In this document: positions 30,210 to 40,480 of the stretch, piece by piece
How positions within the stretch are numbered: the first letter of the stretch is position 1
Layout: each line of letters starts with the position of its first letter
NCBI GenBank assembly: GCA_963800895.1
Contig: CAWDDA010000016.1
Coordinates: 45,901 to 109,900, forward strand
Direction: 5' to 3'
Source of the DNA: an uncultured Acidobacteriota bacterium
Lineage (GTDB): Bacteria; Acidobacteriota; Blastocatellia; RBC074
DNA length: 64,000 nt
Made by a program: the position numbers and the translations under genes
Notes under the pieces: model-generated
Databases searched by the model: none
What the model saw: only the letters and a program-made list of their open reading frames with translations
What the model was told of the DNA's origin: nothing

Positions 30210-31592
30210 TTGCCGTTCAAATCTGCCCGAGAGGCGCTAGGAATCCCTATGGAAATGTCATACCGGGAAGTGGGAGACCGTCGCCGGTCTTCCGACTCTA
30301 TTGCCGAACTGTTCCGAGCTGGCATGGGGAATGATCGCGTAGCGTCAGAGCCTGCTGAGCGGGTGGTCGACACAGGCCTGCCAGGCGTGACTGTATATCC
30401 CCGCAGTATCGAAGAGCTTTCAGAAGCGCTCCGAATTGCAGGCTCGGAGATGCTGCGAGCACTCCCGGCAGGCGCGGGAACCTGGTTCGAGATGGGCAAT
30501 ATTCCCCCACTCGAGACTCACGTCTTCATCTCAACATCAAAGATGGACCGCATACTCGAGTACGAGCCGGCCGACTTGACAGCTACAGTTGAGGCCGGTT
30601 GCACGCTCCAGTCGTTCAATGATGGTGCCGCGAAACACCGGCAATTCATCCCTCTGGATCCATTCGGAAGCGAAGAGGCCACCCTCGGTGCAATCGCCGC
30701 GACGGCAAGCTATGGGCCATGGCGATGTGCTTATGGAACGCCGCGCGATTGGATTATCGGAATGCGTGTCGTCCATCCTGGCGGGCGAATCACGAAGGCT
30801 GGAGGAAAGGTTGTCAAGAACGTTGCCGGCTACGATCTGTGCAAACTCTATACAGGCAGCTTTGGGACACTTGGAATCATTGGTGAGCTGAGTTTCAAGC
30901 TGAGAGCGCTGCCGTCGGCCGATCGCACGGCAGTGCTTTTCTCAGATGACCTGCATTCGCTTGAGCGTCTTGTCGCGAACGCAATGCAGTCCGATCTGCA
31001 GCCAGCGGCGGCCGAGATCTTTTCGACCGGGAGGATGCAGGAAGCTGTTCCAACCACAAAGTCATTTGGTCTCGCATTTCGATTTCTTACTGAACCGGAA
31101 ACGATTACCGCGCAGGTGGACCTCCTCGCAAAGCTTTCGAGCAGCCAAACATTGCAGACTCTGGATGAAGTGAATGCGAGTCACTTCTGGCGAATTTACA
31201 GTGCGAGTGAGGTGGCGCAAGAGTGGAGCTATATTCTGCGGCTGAGTGTATTGCCTTCTGATCTTTCCTCAACGTTTGCAGATATCGAGCGACTGGTGCC
31301 GGGCGCTCATGTGTGCGCACATGCCGCGAGCGGTGTGATTCGTCTTCACGCAAATGAGGACTGGCTGGATGGTCTCAAGAAGGCGCAGCGTCCCAGGCGC
31401 CTGGTCGAGCTTCGTCAGGCAGTACAGGAACGCGGCGGCAGCCTGGTAATTCTTCGGGCGCCCGACGAGATCAAGGCAAAGGTCGATGTCTGGGGAGACG
31501 TCGGTCCCAACGCTCGCCTTATGAGAGAGATCAAAGCAAAGTTTGACCCAGCGTCTTTGCTCAACCCGGGCCGCTTTGTCTCGGGCATTTGA
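30210..31592 (+). CDS. FAD-binding (PCMH-type) oxidase, glycolate oxidase GlcE/GlcD-like subunit
   Basis: VKNVAGYDLCKLYTGSFGTLGII FAD-binding_4 motif; precedes GlcF-like gene. Start may be internal (MEMSYREV). Confidence 0.6.
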   Translation: MPFKSAREALGIPMEMSYREVGDRRRSSDSIAELFRAGMGNDRVASEPAERVVDTGLPGVTVYPRSIEELSEALRIAGSEMLRALPAGAGTWFEMGNIPPLETHVFISTSKMDRILEYEPADLTATVEAGCTLQSFNDGAAKHRQFIPLDPFGSEEATLGAIAATASYGPWRCAYGTPRDWIIGMRVVHPGGRITKAGGKVVKNVAGYDLCKLYTGSFGTLGIIGELSFKLRALPSADRTAVLFSDDLHSLERLVANAMQSDLQPAAAEIFSTGRMQEAVPTTKSFGLAFRFLTEPETITAQVDLLAKLSSSQTLQTLDEVNASHFWRIYSASEVAQEWSYILRLSVLPSDLSSTFADIERLVPGAHVCAHAASGVIRLHANEDWLDGLKKAQRPRRLVELRQAVQERGGSLVILRAPDEIKAKVDVWGDVGPNARLMREIKAKFDPASLLNPGRFVSGI

Positions 31593-31599
31593 ATATTGA

Positions 31600-32919
31600 A
31601 TGAAGACAACAATAGGAGCCCCAACGACTCTGGAGAATGCGCTCAGCTCGGAGACTGAGAAGATACTCGGCTGTATTCATTGCGGCCTTTGTTTGCCGGC
31701 ATGTCCGACTTACGTGCAACTTGGGAATGAAAACGACAGCCCAAGAGGACGCATTTATCTCATGCGCGCGGTCGCGGAGGGACGACTCCTGCCGGACTCA
31801 GAGACTTTCACACGCCACATTGATCTCTGTCTCGGCTGCCGCGCGTGTGAGACAGCGTGTCCGGCGGGTGTCAACTACGGCCTTCTACTCGAATCTGCGA
31901 GGCATGAAGCCAATGCGAGCAATTCGCGACGAGGCTTTCATACGCGATTGCTTTCATGGGCGCTAAAGCACGTTTTTCCGTATCCTCGCAGATTGAATGC
32001 GGCCTTTGCTGTGCTTCGTTTCCTCCGGAGCAGCACTATCGTCAAGCTTGCAAAGACCGAAGGGCTTGCACGAAGCATCTCTAAGAACGCGGATTTCGCG
32101 CTTTCACTCCTGATGTCAACCGCACCGGTGAGAAACGAAATTGCCGTTGAGGAACCGGCAGAGGAAATCAACAGCGATAAACCAGGTAGCGATAGAAACG
32201 CTGTGGTTTTGACCGGCTGCGTTATGGACGGTCTCTTCAAGCACATCAATGACGCGACAGCCAGAGTTCTTGCAGTCAATGGCTGCAATGTGGTTGAAGC
32301 TCCCGATCAGGTTTGCTGCGGGGCATTACACGCACACGCGGGGGACCTCGAAACTGCGCGCAAACTTGCGAGAACGAATATCGAAGCGTTCGAACAATCG
32401 GCCGATGCAACGATAGTCGTGAATGCAGCAGGCTGCGGATCGATGCTCAAAGAGTACGGGCATCTTCTGAAGGACGATCCGGCATATTCTTCTCGCGCTG
32501 CAAATCTCAGTGCAAGAGTTCGTGACGTGAGCGAGTTTCTTGTTGCCACAGGCATTAAGCGCGGTGGAAACCTGAGGATGCGCGTGACGTATGACGCTCC
32601 ATGTCACCTCTATCATGCTCAGCGTGTACAGACAGCGCCTCAGCAGGTGCTAGCTGCTATTCCGGGTCTCGATTACCAGCCGCTTGAAGGTATGCAGGAT
32701 TGCTGTGGAGGAGCCGGAATTTACAATTTGAGCGAGCCTGAAATGTCTGAACGAATTCTAAGCGACAAGATCGCGAAAGTCAGAGCAACAGGTGCGGACG
32801 TCCTGGTTACTGCAAATCCTGGTTGCCACATGCAACTCGGAGCAGGACTCGCCGAAGCCGACATGAATACTCGCGTGGCGCATGTGGTCGAACTCCTGGA
32901 TGAGTCCTATCGAAGGTAG
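31600..32919 (+). CDS. glcF: Glycolate oxidase iron-sulfur subunit GlcF-like (2x4Fe-4S + CCG domains)
   Basis: IHCGLCLPACPTY ... CLGCRACETACPAG ferredoxin motifs, followed by Cys-rich CCG repeats (CGSM.., CCGGAG). Confidence 0.7.
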   Translation: MKTTIGAPTTLENALSSETEKILGCIHCGLCLPACPTYVQLGNENDSPRGRIYLMRAVAEGRLLPDSETFTRHIDLCLGCRACETACPAGVNYGLLLESARHEANASNSRRGFHTRLLSWALKHVFPYPRRLNAAFAVLRFLRSSTIVKLAKTEGLARSISKNADFALSLLMSTAPVRNEIAVEEPAEEINSDKPGSDRNAVVLTGCVMDGLFKHINDATARVLAVNGCNVVEAPDQVCCGALHAHAGDLETARKLARTNIEAFEQSADATIVVNAAGCGSMLKEYGHLLKDDPAYSSRAANLSARVRDVSEFLVATGIKRGGNLRMRVTYDAPCHLYHAQRVQTAPQQVLAAIPGLDYQPLEGMQDCCGGAGIYNLSEPEMSERILSDKIAKVRATGADVLVTANPGCHMQLGAGLAEADMNTRVAHVVELLDESYRR

Positions 32920-33060
32920 GGGTCGGGGGCCGGGGGTCGGGGATCGGGGTATGGAGTTCAAGCTTTAGCTTGCTCGTGTCTAACTCGATCTCACACAGCA
33001 AGCTAAAGCTTGAACTCCATACCCCGATCCCCGGACCCCCGACCCCCGACCCCTAATCCC
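32917..33060. repeat. G-rich (GGGGTCGGGGG)n arm + family C palindrome + C-rich arm
   Basis: Perfect long dyad between glcF stop and next gene. Confidence 0.85.
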
Positions 33061-33061
33061 T

Positions 33062-34615
33062 ATGCTCTTCACTCTCCTTAAACTCCGTTACAAATTGATA
33101 TGGGCGCAGGTACGCACGAGCAGTGGGAAGCTTGGTCTGCTCTTGCTGGTTTACATTCTGCTCATGGCGGGCGCGGCAATCTCTGCGTTTGGCGGCTTTG
33201 GCGCGGCGCTCGCGGGAGTCAGCACGGGACAGAGCGAAGAGATTGCACGTGGAATGCTGACAGGACTTCTTTTGAGCGGAGTCACGGCCAGCCTTTTCTT
33301 CGGGATGGGCCCACGTTCAGCGTTCTCTGACAGAGTTCTCAGACGATATCCGCTTTCATCATTCGAACGTATGTGGATCCGCTACCTGCTCGGTATCATC
33401 GATCCGATCTGGGCCATTATTGCCGCTTCAGCGTTTGGTCTTGCAGCAGGCCTGGCCCTGCTTGGACAGGGTAACTGGATATGGGGATTTTGGGGCGCGC
33501 TCATATTCGTTGCGGTCAGTTATCTGTTTGCACTGTTTCTTCTTTCGCTGCTCGGTCGCGTTCTCGAAACCAGGTCCGGAGCCGCGGCTCTGGGAATCAT
33601 AGGGCTCGCGGTAATCTCATTCTCAGGGCTGGGAATCGGCTGGCTGGTAGAGACCAAAGGATCGCGAGTCTTAGCGTGGGTGAATGACCTGACGACCTTG
33701 CTACCGTCTGGACTCGCTGCTCGAACCATGACTTCGCCCCAAGTCTTGCAAGCTGTGTCGAGTATTGCAGGACTCCTCGTCTGGGCCGTCTCTCTGGCGG
33801 TCCTCGTTCGCATCGTCGAATCAATTCCAGTCTTCACGCGTTCGTCGGGGCGCGAAGCTATTAACTGGGAGAATTTCTACGATCGCGTTGCATCGTGGAT
33901 TGGTGGGCGGTATGCACCCCTTGTCAGCAAATCACTTCGCTATCACCTTAGATCACAGCGAGTAAGATTTGGACTTGCCTCAGCTCCTCTCGTTGCGCTC
34001 GTCGGAAAGTTCATGGCGAGGGGAAACGTTAGAGCCTCAGAGTTTCTCTTTACTCTGGCATTCTTTTTAGTGCTGGGGAGCGGTACAAGCTCAGTTTCGT
34101 TGAATCACTTTGGAGCGGACGAAAAAGGTATCGTGCGGTACGGTTTGATTCCGGCGAGTTTGGCGGCACCTGTGAGGGCTGGCAGTGCTGTGTCGATGCT
34201 GCTTGGATTTCTGCTGATTGCTCCGTCGATCCTCGTATGGGTGTTAGTGACCGATGTCCCCATCGATTGGCGAATGATTGCGATGTTGTGGGGGAGCGGT
34301 CTCACGGGGCTGTTTATCTTCGAGGGTATGGGTATGATGACGACGATTCTTACCCCTCGCCGCGTCGATTTCACGAGCATTCTCGGAAATCCGCTCTCGC
34401 TGGGTACGAATATTGCCGTAATGTTTCTTTTTTTTGTGATATTTGGCCTGGCGTTTGCGCTGATGCAAATCGAGCTCGATGTGGTTCTCGCATTCTGGTG
34501 GCTGTCCGTCGTCTCGGCGGTTGTCGCACTCATGGTCTACTTGATCGCTTGGAGAGTCAGCGGACCTTTGGCTCTTCTCAGACGGGAAAGACTTATCAAG
34601 GAAATTGCAGGATAG
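33062..34615 (+). CDS. Polytopic membrane protein (putative ABC-2-type permease partner of downstream ATPase)
   Basis: 517 aa, >=10 TM segments, immediately upstream of ABC ATPase. Confidence 0.45.
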   Translation: MLFTLLKLRYKLIWAQVRTSSGKLGLLLLVYILLMAGAAISAFGGFGAALAGVSTGQSEEIARGMLTGLLLSGVTASLFFGMGPRSAFSDRVLRRYPLSSFERMWIRYLLGIIDPIWAIIAASAFGLAAGLALLGQGNWIWGFWGALIFVAVSYLFALFLLSLLGRVLETRSGAAALGIIGLAVISFSGLGIGWLVETKGSRVLAWVNDLTTLLPSGLAARTMTSPQVLQAVSSIAGLLVWAVSLAVLVRIVESIPVFTRSSGREAINWENFYDRVASWIGGRYAPLVSKSLRYHLRSQRVRFGLASAPLVALVGKFMARGNVRASEFLFTLAFFLVLGSGTSSVSLNHFGADEKGIVRYGLIPASLAAPVRAGSAVSMLLGFLLIAPSILVWVLVTDVPIDWRMIAMLWGSGLTGLFIFEGMGMMTTILTPRRVDFTSILGNPLSLGTNIAVMFLFFVIFGLAFALMQIELDVVLAFWWLSVVSAVVALMVYLIAWRVSGPLALLRRERLIKEIAG

Positions 34616-34631
34616 AAAGGTGTAATCGAAC

Positions 34632-35405
34632 GTGGAAGCGGCGGCAGTCCGGGCGACAGACCTCACCAAGATCTACGGTGATCTTAAGGCCATAGATCGC
34701 CTTTCGCTGGCGGTCGAGCCGGGTAGGCTGTTTGGGTTTCTCGGACCAAATGGAGCCGGAAAGAGCACGACTATTGGCTGTCTCACCGGGCTTCTCGATC
34801 CGACGGACGGAGAGATCGAGCTTCTGGGTGTTCGCCTGGGGCGGGATTCGCGCGAGCTGAAACGAAGGATCGGGGTGATGCCTGAAGGCCTGGGACTGTT
34901 CGATCAGTTGTACGCGCACGAGTTTCTGGCTTTCAATGCGAGAATGATGGGACTTGACGAACAGACTGTTCGAGAGCGGGTAGAGGAACTGCTGGAGGTC
35001 CTCGAGCTTGAAAGTGCGGGTCGAAAACGACTTGCCGAATTCAGCACCGGAATGCGAAAGAAAGTGGCCTTCGCGGCAGCAATTATTCATCGGCCGGAGA
35101 TACTATTTCTTGATGAACCATTTGAGAGCATTGACCCTTCGGGTGTGGCAATGCTCAAAGACTGGTTGAAACGTTACGTGGCCGGCGGTCGTACCGTTTT
35201 CATGACATCGCACGTCCTCGAAACAGTTGAGCGATTATGCGACGATGTAGCGATCATAAACTCGGGGAGGATAGTCTGGAAGGGAGAGGTAAGCGCGCTT
35301 CAAAGCGGCGGATCTATTAAACTTGATGAACATGAGTTCACGAGTCTCGAGTCGCTTTTTCTGCATCTGGTTGGCGAGCGGCAGGGAAGGCTTGCGTGGC
35401 TCTAA
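34632..35405 (+). CDS. ABC transporter ATP-binding protein
   Basis: GPNGAGKST Walker A, LSGGMRKK..-like signature (FSTGMRKKV), LDEPFESID Walker B. Confidence 0.8.
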   Translation: MEAAAVRATDLTKIYGDLKAIDRLSLAVEPGRLFGFLGPNGAGKSTTIGCLTGLLDPTDGEIELLGVRLGRDSRELKRRIGVMPEGLGLFDQLYAHEFLAFNARMMGLDEQTVRERVEELLEVLELESAGRKRLAEFSTGMRKKVAFAAAIIHRPEILFLDEPFESIDPSGVAMLKDWLKRYVAGGRTVFMTSHVLETVERLCDDVAIINSGRIVWKGEVSALQSGGSIKLDEHEFTSLESLFLHLVGERQGRLAWL

Positions 35406-35417
35406 AGGAGTCTGGAG

Positions 35418-35883
35418 ATGTATTGTCCGAATTGCGCTGCTTCGATTGACAACGTCAAGTATTGTCGCAGCTGCGGAGCAAATGTCAGTCTTGTGCCGCA
35501 GGCATTGACCGGAAAGATATCAGAGACCTGAAGGCCAGACCTTGAAGGATGGGCGCCGGCACCGTAGCCCGGCAACACTTGAAACTGCTGTTAAGAGCTT
35601 CTTTATAGGCATAGCCTTCCTGATCATCGCTGGTGCGGTATGGAGATTTGCTCCGGCCGGCGGTATCTGGTGGTTCTGGATGCTCTTGCCTGCCATCACA
35701 ATGATTGGCGAAGGTATAGCTAAATACATGAGATGGCGGAACGAAAAAGAACTGGAGGCAGTTTCCCCGGCATTACCCCCCCAGGAACCCGCTCAACAGC
35801 TCAGCGCTCCAGACACATCAAGTCTTGAAGATGCCCCACAGCCTTCAAGTGTCGTCGAACACACGACATATCACCTGAAATAG
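35418..35883 (+). CDS. Zinc-ribbon (CPNC..CRSC) small protein, possibly fused by frameshift to downstream 2-TM Pro-rich membrane protein
   Basis: ATG 35418 -> [25 protein letters not shown]...ET* (37 aa, stop 35529-31); overlapping +1 frame open from 35509 to 35883 encodes 2 TM helices and a Pro/Gln-rich tail. Confidence 0.35.
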
Positions 35884-35992
35884 GCATGTAGTACGGGCTT
35901 TAGCCGGAATCGTGGCATTCGAGCAATTCGAATGGGACGATTCCGGCTAAAAGCCCGTACTACATGCCTCGGTACAACGTACCTTGAACTCA
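35884..35992. repeat. Family B palindrome followed by family A and C fragments
   Basis: Mosaic of three families. Confidence 0.8.
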
Positions 35993-36053
35993 ATTCGGCG
36001 ACTTGTTAGGATGCCTTGCAGGTCACCTCGGGCCTTCTTAGACGTACGACTGC

Positions 36054-36851
36054 ATGCGTATTTGCATCCTCGGCAGCGGCAGTTCCGGAAATGCGACACT
36101 GGTTGTCGCTGGCGAAACGCGCGTGCTGGTAGACTGCGGCCTCAGCGGACGCGAAACCCTTAAGCGCATTCAGGACGTTGGCGAGGACCCCTACAAGCTC
36201 TCGGGTATCGTCGTAACCCATGAACACGGAGACCATGCGGGCGGGCTGGCGGGACTAGCCAAGCTGCTGAATGTTCCCGTTTACATGTCGCTGGCGACAC
36301 TCGAAGCCTGCAATCTGGGTGAGCGGGTAAAACGTCTCCGTAAACTGACCGCAATATCCTCGTCTGAGGATTTCGCTGTCGGGTCCCTAACATTTCATCC
36401 GTTTACCATCCCACACGACGCAGTTGATCCATTTGCCTTTACGGTCGAGTCAGATGGAAAAAAACTCGCCATGGCGGTCGATCTGGGGTACATAAATGCG
36501 TTGGCAGCGGAAAGGTTTCGAGGCGCTGACGTTCTTATTATCGAAGCGAACTACGAAATCGAGATGCTTCGCGCAAGCTCAATCTATCCGTGGTCGCTCA
36601 AGCAGCGAATTATGAGCCGTACGGGACATACGTCAAATGACGAGATGGCGCGTTATCTTTACGAAGATTTCGACGGGCGCGCAGAATATGTGGTCCTCGC
36701 TCATCTTTCCCAGCATACGAATCATCCAGAGATAGCGCGCCTGGCAGCGGTTCAGGCCCTCGACGCCCGTGGCCGTCTTTTTTGCCAGCATAATGACCGC
36801 CGGGTCCGTATTGCGCGATATGATGGTCCGAGCGACTGGATCGAGTTATGA
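36054..36851 (+). CDS. MBL-fold metallo-hydrolase
   Basis: [12 protein letters not shown] HxHxDH motif; 265 aa. Confidence 0.75.
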   Translation: MRICILGSGSSGNATLVVAGETRVLVDCGLSGRETLKRIQDVGEDPYKLSGIVVTHEHGDHAGGLAGLAKLLNVPVYMSLATLEACNLGERVKRLRKLTAISSSEDFAVGSLTFHPFTIPHDAVDPFAFTVESDGKKLAMAVDLGYINALAAERFRGADVLIIEANYEIEMLRASSIYPWSLKQRIMSRTGHTSNDEMARYLYEDFDGRAEYVVLAHLSQHTNHPEIARLAAVQALDARGRLFCQHNDRRVRIARYDGPSDWIEL

Positions 36852-37967
36852 GGACCGGGCACCATCATTGGGTTTTCGGGCTTTGCCTGCTCGCGGCGAC
36901 TGTCGGCTCGACACTCGCGCAATCGGGGCGCAAAGTTGCACCTCGTCCGGGCGATTCTCCAGTTTTGCGCGTAGAAACAATAGAGGTCCTGGTTCCGATC
37001 AATGCATATGATGAGAACGGCGTGAACGTAACCGATCTCGAGCTGAAAGACCTCTTGATCGTCGAGAATGGTGAGCCTCGTACTATTACCACTCTCCGAC
37101 GCGAGCCTGCCAGCATCGTACTTATACTTGACCTTGGAAATGGTATTGGCACATTCAAGAACGGAGCCTCGGCAACCTACAATCCTGTCCCCGAATCGTC
37201 ACGTTGGGATCCTACACCGCCCGTCTGGGCAAAACGTCACGATATTGTCCCGCGTCCGGCTTCGAGAGAATTTGCGGACAATTTCGTGCGCGGGCTTTCA
37301 CACGATGATCGAGTCGCCATAATTCAATACTCTGATCGTGTCGAACTGATTCAGGATTTCACATCAGACAGTGAGCAGGCTCTGGCCGCTCTCAGCTCAA
37401 AATATCGAATCGGGCTCAAATCACGATTCTATGATGCACTTCAACTTGCTGCTGAAAAGGTCCGCCACCAGCCTGGGCGAAGAGTGATAGTCCTCCTCAG
37501 TGATGGAGTTGATACTGCCAGCAAGACCAGTCGACGGAAAGCTCTCGAAGCAGTCGCGCACTCCTCGGCAACAGTCCTGATTGTTGGATGGGATGAGGTA
37601 TTGAGAAATGAGATCAGTGCGGCGATTAGCTGGAAAGGCGCTCACGATACACCTGGCACCGACTTGAACAAACGGCTGCGCGAGCTCAAGAGGTTTCTTT
37701 CCGAGATCGAAGCTGCACGTTACGATCTCGAAGGATCTTGCTGAAGCAAATGGTGGCGAATTGATTGCGCCGCGAGATTTTCCCCGGCTTGTCAACGACG
37801 CGCCGCTCGGACTCCTGCGTGAGATTGGCGCGCAGTACAGTCTTGCTTTTCTGACAGAACGAGGGGCGGCGGGCGAAGGTGATCGCGAAATCAATGTCAT
37901 CTCGGCAAGGAAGGGAATGAGCGTTCGTTCGCGCCGGAGCTATCATATAGAGGATCAGCAACAGTGA
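36848..37967 (+). pseudogene. Secreted VWA protein with TIGR03436-type C-terminal domain (LAExTGG...YxLxY), frameshift near 37728
   Basis: Signal peptide, VWA core (VLLSDGVDTAS), C-terminal LAEANGGELIAP...LREIGAQYSLAF...RSRRSYH in +2 frame (ORF 37761..37967) after ORF 36848..37744 ends DLEGSC*. Confidence 0.65.
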
Positions 37968-38158
37968 CTGACGCGCGCGAGCAGCTGAGAAAGGCGTACA
38001 GGCGCGCCAGTATCGGGCTTGCGCTTGCTGCGGTCGTCTGGACCGTAGCGTACTTTGTCGCGCGTGATCGCGGATGGCCTGAGCAGACATTTGTGATCCC
38101 GGTCGGTGCGGCCGTATTGTCCGCTCTTTGTTACTGGCGCTATCGCGGAATGGATTAA
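37964..38158 (+). CDS. Small membrane protein (64 aa, hypothetical)
   Basis: 4-nt overlap with upstream gene; two hydrophobic helices. Confidence 0.3.
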   Translation: MTDAREQLRKAYRRASIGLALAAVVWTVAYFVARDRGWPEQTFVIPVGAAVLSALCYWRYRGMD

Positions 38159-38178
38159 GGTCGCCCGAGAGATATGGG

Positions 38179-39501
38179 ATGATCGAACGCTATACGCTGC
38201 CCGAGATGGGCAGTATCTGGACCGAAGAAAACCGCTACCAAAAATGGCTCGAGGTGGAGCTCGCTGCCTGTCAGGCGAATGCCGAAGCCGGCAGAATTCC
38301 AGCGGCAGCCGTCGACATCATCCGCAGCAAGGCCAGGTTCTCAGTCGAAAGAATTCACGAGCTCGAAAAGACAACTGACCACGATGTGATTGCCTTTACC
38401 AGCAATCTCGCCGAACACATCGGTGATGAAGCACGCTGGGTTCACTATGGTCTCACATCGTCCGATGTTGTCGACACGGCAAATGCCTTATTGCTCAGAG
38501 AAGCCGGAGATCTGATCGTTAATCGTCTGCAGGCGCTTTCCGACGTCCTCAAGCGGCGTGCGATCGAGCTCAGGGATACGCCGATGATCGGCAGAACTCA
38601 TGGTGTTCACGCAGAGCCTACGACCGCCGGGTTGACGTTTGCGCTATGGTTTGAAGAGATTCGCAGAAACATCGATCGGATGACGCGCGCACGAGCGGGA
38701 GTGAGCTATGGCAAGCTCTCGGGGGCGGTTGGGACATTTGCACACCTCGATCCGGAGATAGAAGAAAGGGTCTGTTTTCTGCTTGGTCTGAGGCCGGCTA
38801 CGATTTCCACTCAGATAATTCAGCGGGACCGTTATTCGGAGTTTGTCACTGTATTGTCAATCATTGCGTCATCACTCGAGAAGATTGCGTTGCAGATCCG
38901 TCACTGGCAGCGAACTGAAGTGCGTGAAGCGCACGAGTTCTTCAAGCCCGGGCAGAAAGGATCTTCGGCTATGCCTCACAAGCGGAATCCGATCCTTTCT
39001 GAGCGCATTTGCGGAATGGCGCGTCTCGTGCGCGGTTATGCGATCGCTGCGCTTGAAAACAATGCTCTCTGGCACGAGCGTGACATATCGCACTCATCGG
39101 CCGAACGCGTTCTCCTCCCTGATGCCTGCATCGCAGTCGATTACATGACAGTCAAGACGACATCGCTTCTCGACAAGCTTGTGATCAATTCAGGAAGGAT
39201 GAGAGAGAACATCGATTTGACTGGAGGTCTCGTCTTTTCGGGACAGTTGTTGCTCGAGCTTTCTGCTGCTGGCGCTTCGCGCGAAGAAGCCTACTCGTGG
39301 GTTCAGCGGAATGCGATGAAAGCGTGGGATGAAGGATCGAATTTCAAGGAGCTTATAGCAAAGGATCAGGACATCGTCCGCACGTTGAGCGCGGACCAGA
39401 TCTCCCGGGCATTTGATCTCAACGTTCAATTGAGAAATGTTGGCCGAATCTTCGAAAGGGTTTTTGGAAAAGATGCTGGCAAAAGTATTCGTCACACTTA
39501 A
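38179..39501 (+). CDS. purB: Adenylosuccinate lyase
   Basis: MIERYTLPEMGSIWTEENRYQKWLEVELA... ; SSAMPHKRNP fumarate-lyase signature; 440 aa. Confidence 0.85.
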   Translation: MIERYTLPEMGSIWTEENRYQKWLEVELAACQANAEAGRIPAAAVDIIRSKARFSVERIHELEKTTDHDVIAFTSNLAEHIGDEARWVHYGLTSSDVVDTANALLLREAGDLIVNRLQALSDVLKRRAIELRDTPMIGRTHGVHAEPTTAGLTFALWFEEIRRNIDRMTRARAGVSYGKLSGAVGTFAHLDPEIEERVCFLLGLRPATISTQIIQRDRYSEFVTVLSIIASSLEKIALQIRHWQRTEVREAHEFFKPGQKGSSAMPHKRNPILSERICGMARLVRGYAIAALENNALWHERDISHSSAERVLLPDACIAVDYMTVKTTSLLDKLVINSGRMRENIDLTGGLVFSGQLLLELSAAGASREEAYSWVQRNAMKAWDEGSNFKELIAKDQDIVRTLSADQISRAFDLNVQLRNVGRIFERVFGKDAGKSIRHT

Positions 39502-39718
39502 GAACGGTGTACTCGACCCGCAGGGGAAAGCCATACACCACGCGGCAGAAACGATCGGTTATTCGGGTTTCGCCGATGTCAGGCAGGGGAAGTATTTCGA
39601 GATAAGTCTTAATGATGCCGTGACGGAAGGTGAAGCGCGTGACCAGGTCGAGCGCTTCGCTCATGACGTGTTGTCAAATCCGGTAATCGAAGACTATCGT
39701 GTGGAGCTGGTCAACTGA
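39473..39718 (+). CDS. purS: Phosphoribosylformylglycinamidine synthase subunit PurS
   Basis: MLAKVFVTLKNGVLDPQGKAI...ARDQVERFAHDVLSNPVIEDY; 81 aa; overlaps purB 3' end. Confidence 0.8.
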   Translation: MLAKVFVTLKNGVLDPQGKAIHHAAETIGYSGFADVRQGKYFEISLNDAVTEGEARDQVERFAHDVLSNPVIEDYRVELVN

Positions 39719-40183
39719 ATGAGAATCATCAATCGGCTTGCCCTCGTGGTTTTGCTTCTTGTGCTTGTGATCCAGGTTGTGCGCCCTGAAAGGACTAACC
39801 CCGTCATTGACGGTAGCCGTACAATCGAGGCGCGAACGCGAATGTCACCCGAAGTCTCAGCGATCATCGAACGGTCATGCCAGAACTGTCATACGTACAA
39901 GACCGTTTGGCCCTGGTACAGCCAGGTAGCGCCAATGTCGTGGCTTGTAGCGAACGATGTCAAGGAGGCTCGCGAACATCTATCGCTCTCAGACTGGGCT
40001 AACTACGATAAGAAGAAAGCTCTCAGCAAGCTTGATGAAATCTGCGAAGAAGTGAGCGAAGGGAAGATGCCCCCGACGAGTTACACGATGCTTCATCCGG
40101 AGGCAAAGCTTACGGAAGAGGACAAGAGAATAATGTGCGATTGGGTTAAGGGAGAGGCCAGTCGGATTGAAAGTGGGATGTAG
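39719..40183 (+). CDS. Heme-binding (CxxCH) domain protein, N-terminal TM anchor
   Basis: SCQNCHTYKTVWPWYSQVAP heme-binding-domain motif (PF14376-like); stop codon lies in first unit of a 13-mer tandem repeat. Confidence 0.55.
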   Translation: MRIINRLALVVLLLVLVIQVVRPERTNPVIDGSRTIEARTRMSPEVSAIIERSCQNCHTYKTVWPWYSQVAPMSWLVANDVKEAREHLSLSDWANYDKKKALSKLDEICEEVSEGKMPPTSYTMLHPEAKLTEEDKRIMCDWVKGEASRIESGM

Positions 40184-40216
40184 GATTAGGATGTAGGATT
40201 AGGATGTAGGATGTAG
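40178..40216. repeat. 13-mer tandem repeat (GATGTAGGATTAG x about 3)
   Basis: First unit supplies stop codon of heme-binding protein. Confidence 0.8.
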
Positions 40217-40235
40217 TTTGTCTGGTTTCAGGCTT

Positions 40236-40460
40236 TAATTCATTTATCCATTTGTCATTTGTCATTTGTTATTTAAGACGCAAAAGCGTGGTCACATTCT
40301 GTCACCTTCGTGGTCTGGGAACTCTTAAAAGCAAATGAACAAATAGACTAAATGACAAATGACAAATGGTAAATAAATTATAAGAGCCTTCCAATCTCCC
40401 CCCATCTTTTCCGGACACTCTAAAACTCAAATGACAGATGACAAATGATTTCCTGCAATT
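40236..40460. repeat. AT-rich inverted heptamer arrays (CATTTGT)n ... (ACAAATG)n
   Basis: Second copy 58441-58556. Confidence 0.85.
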
Positions 40461-40480
40461 CGTAAAGGCGGACAAATAGC

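Noticed and set aside
40178-40216. 13-mer tandem repeat as a coding repeat or phase-variable tract
   Set aside because: Lies at and after the stop codon of the heme-binding protein; only about 3 units; more likely part of the AT-rich repeat island.
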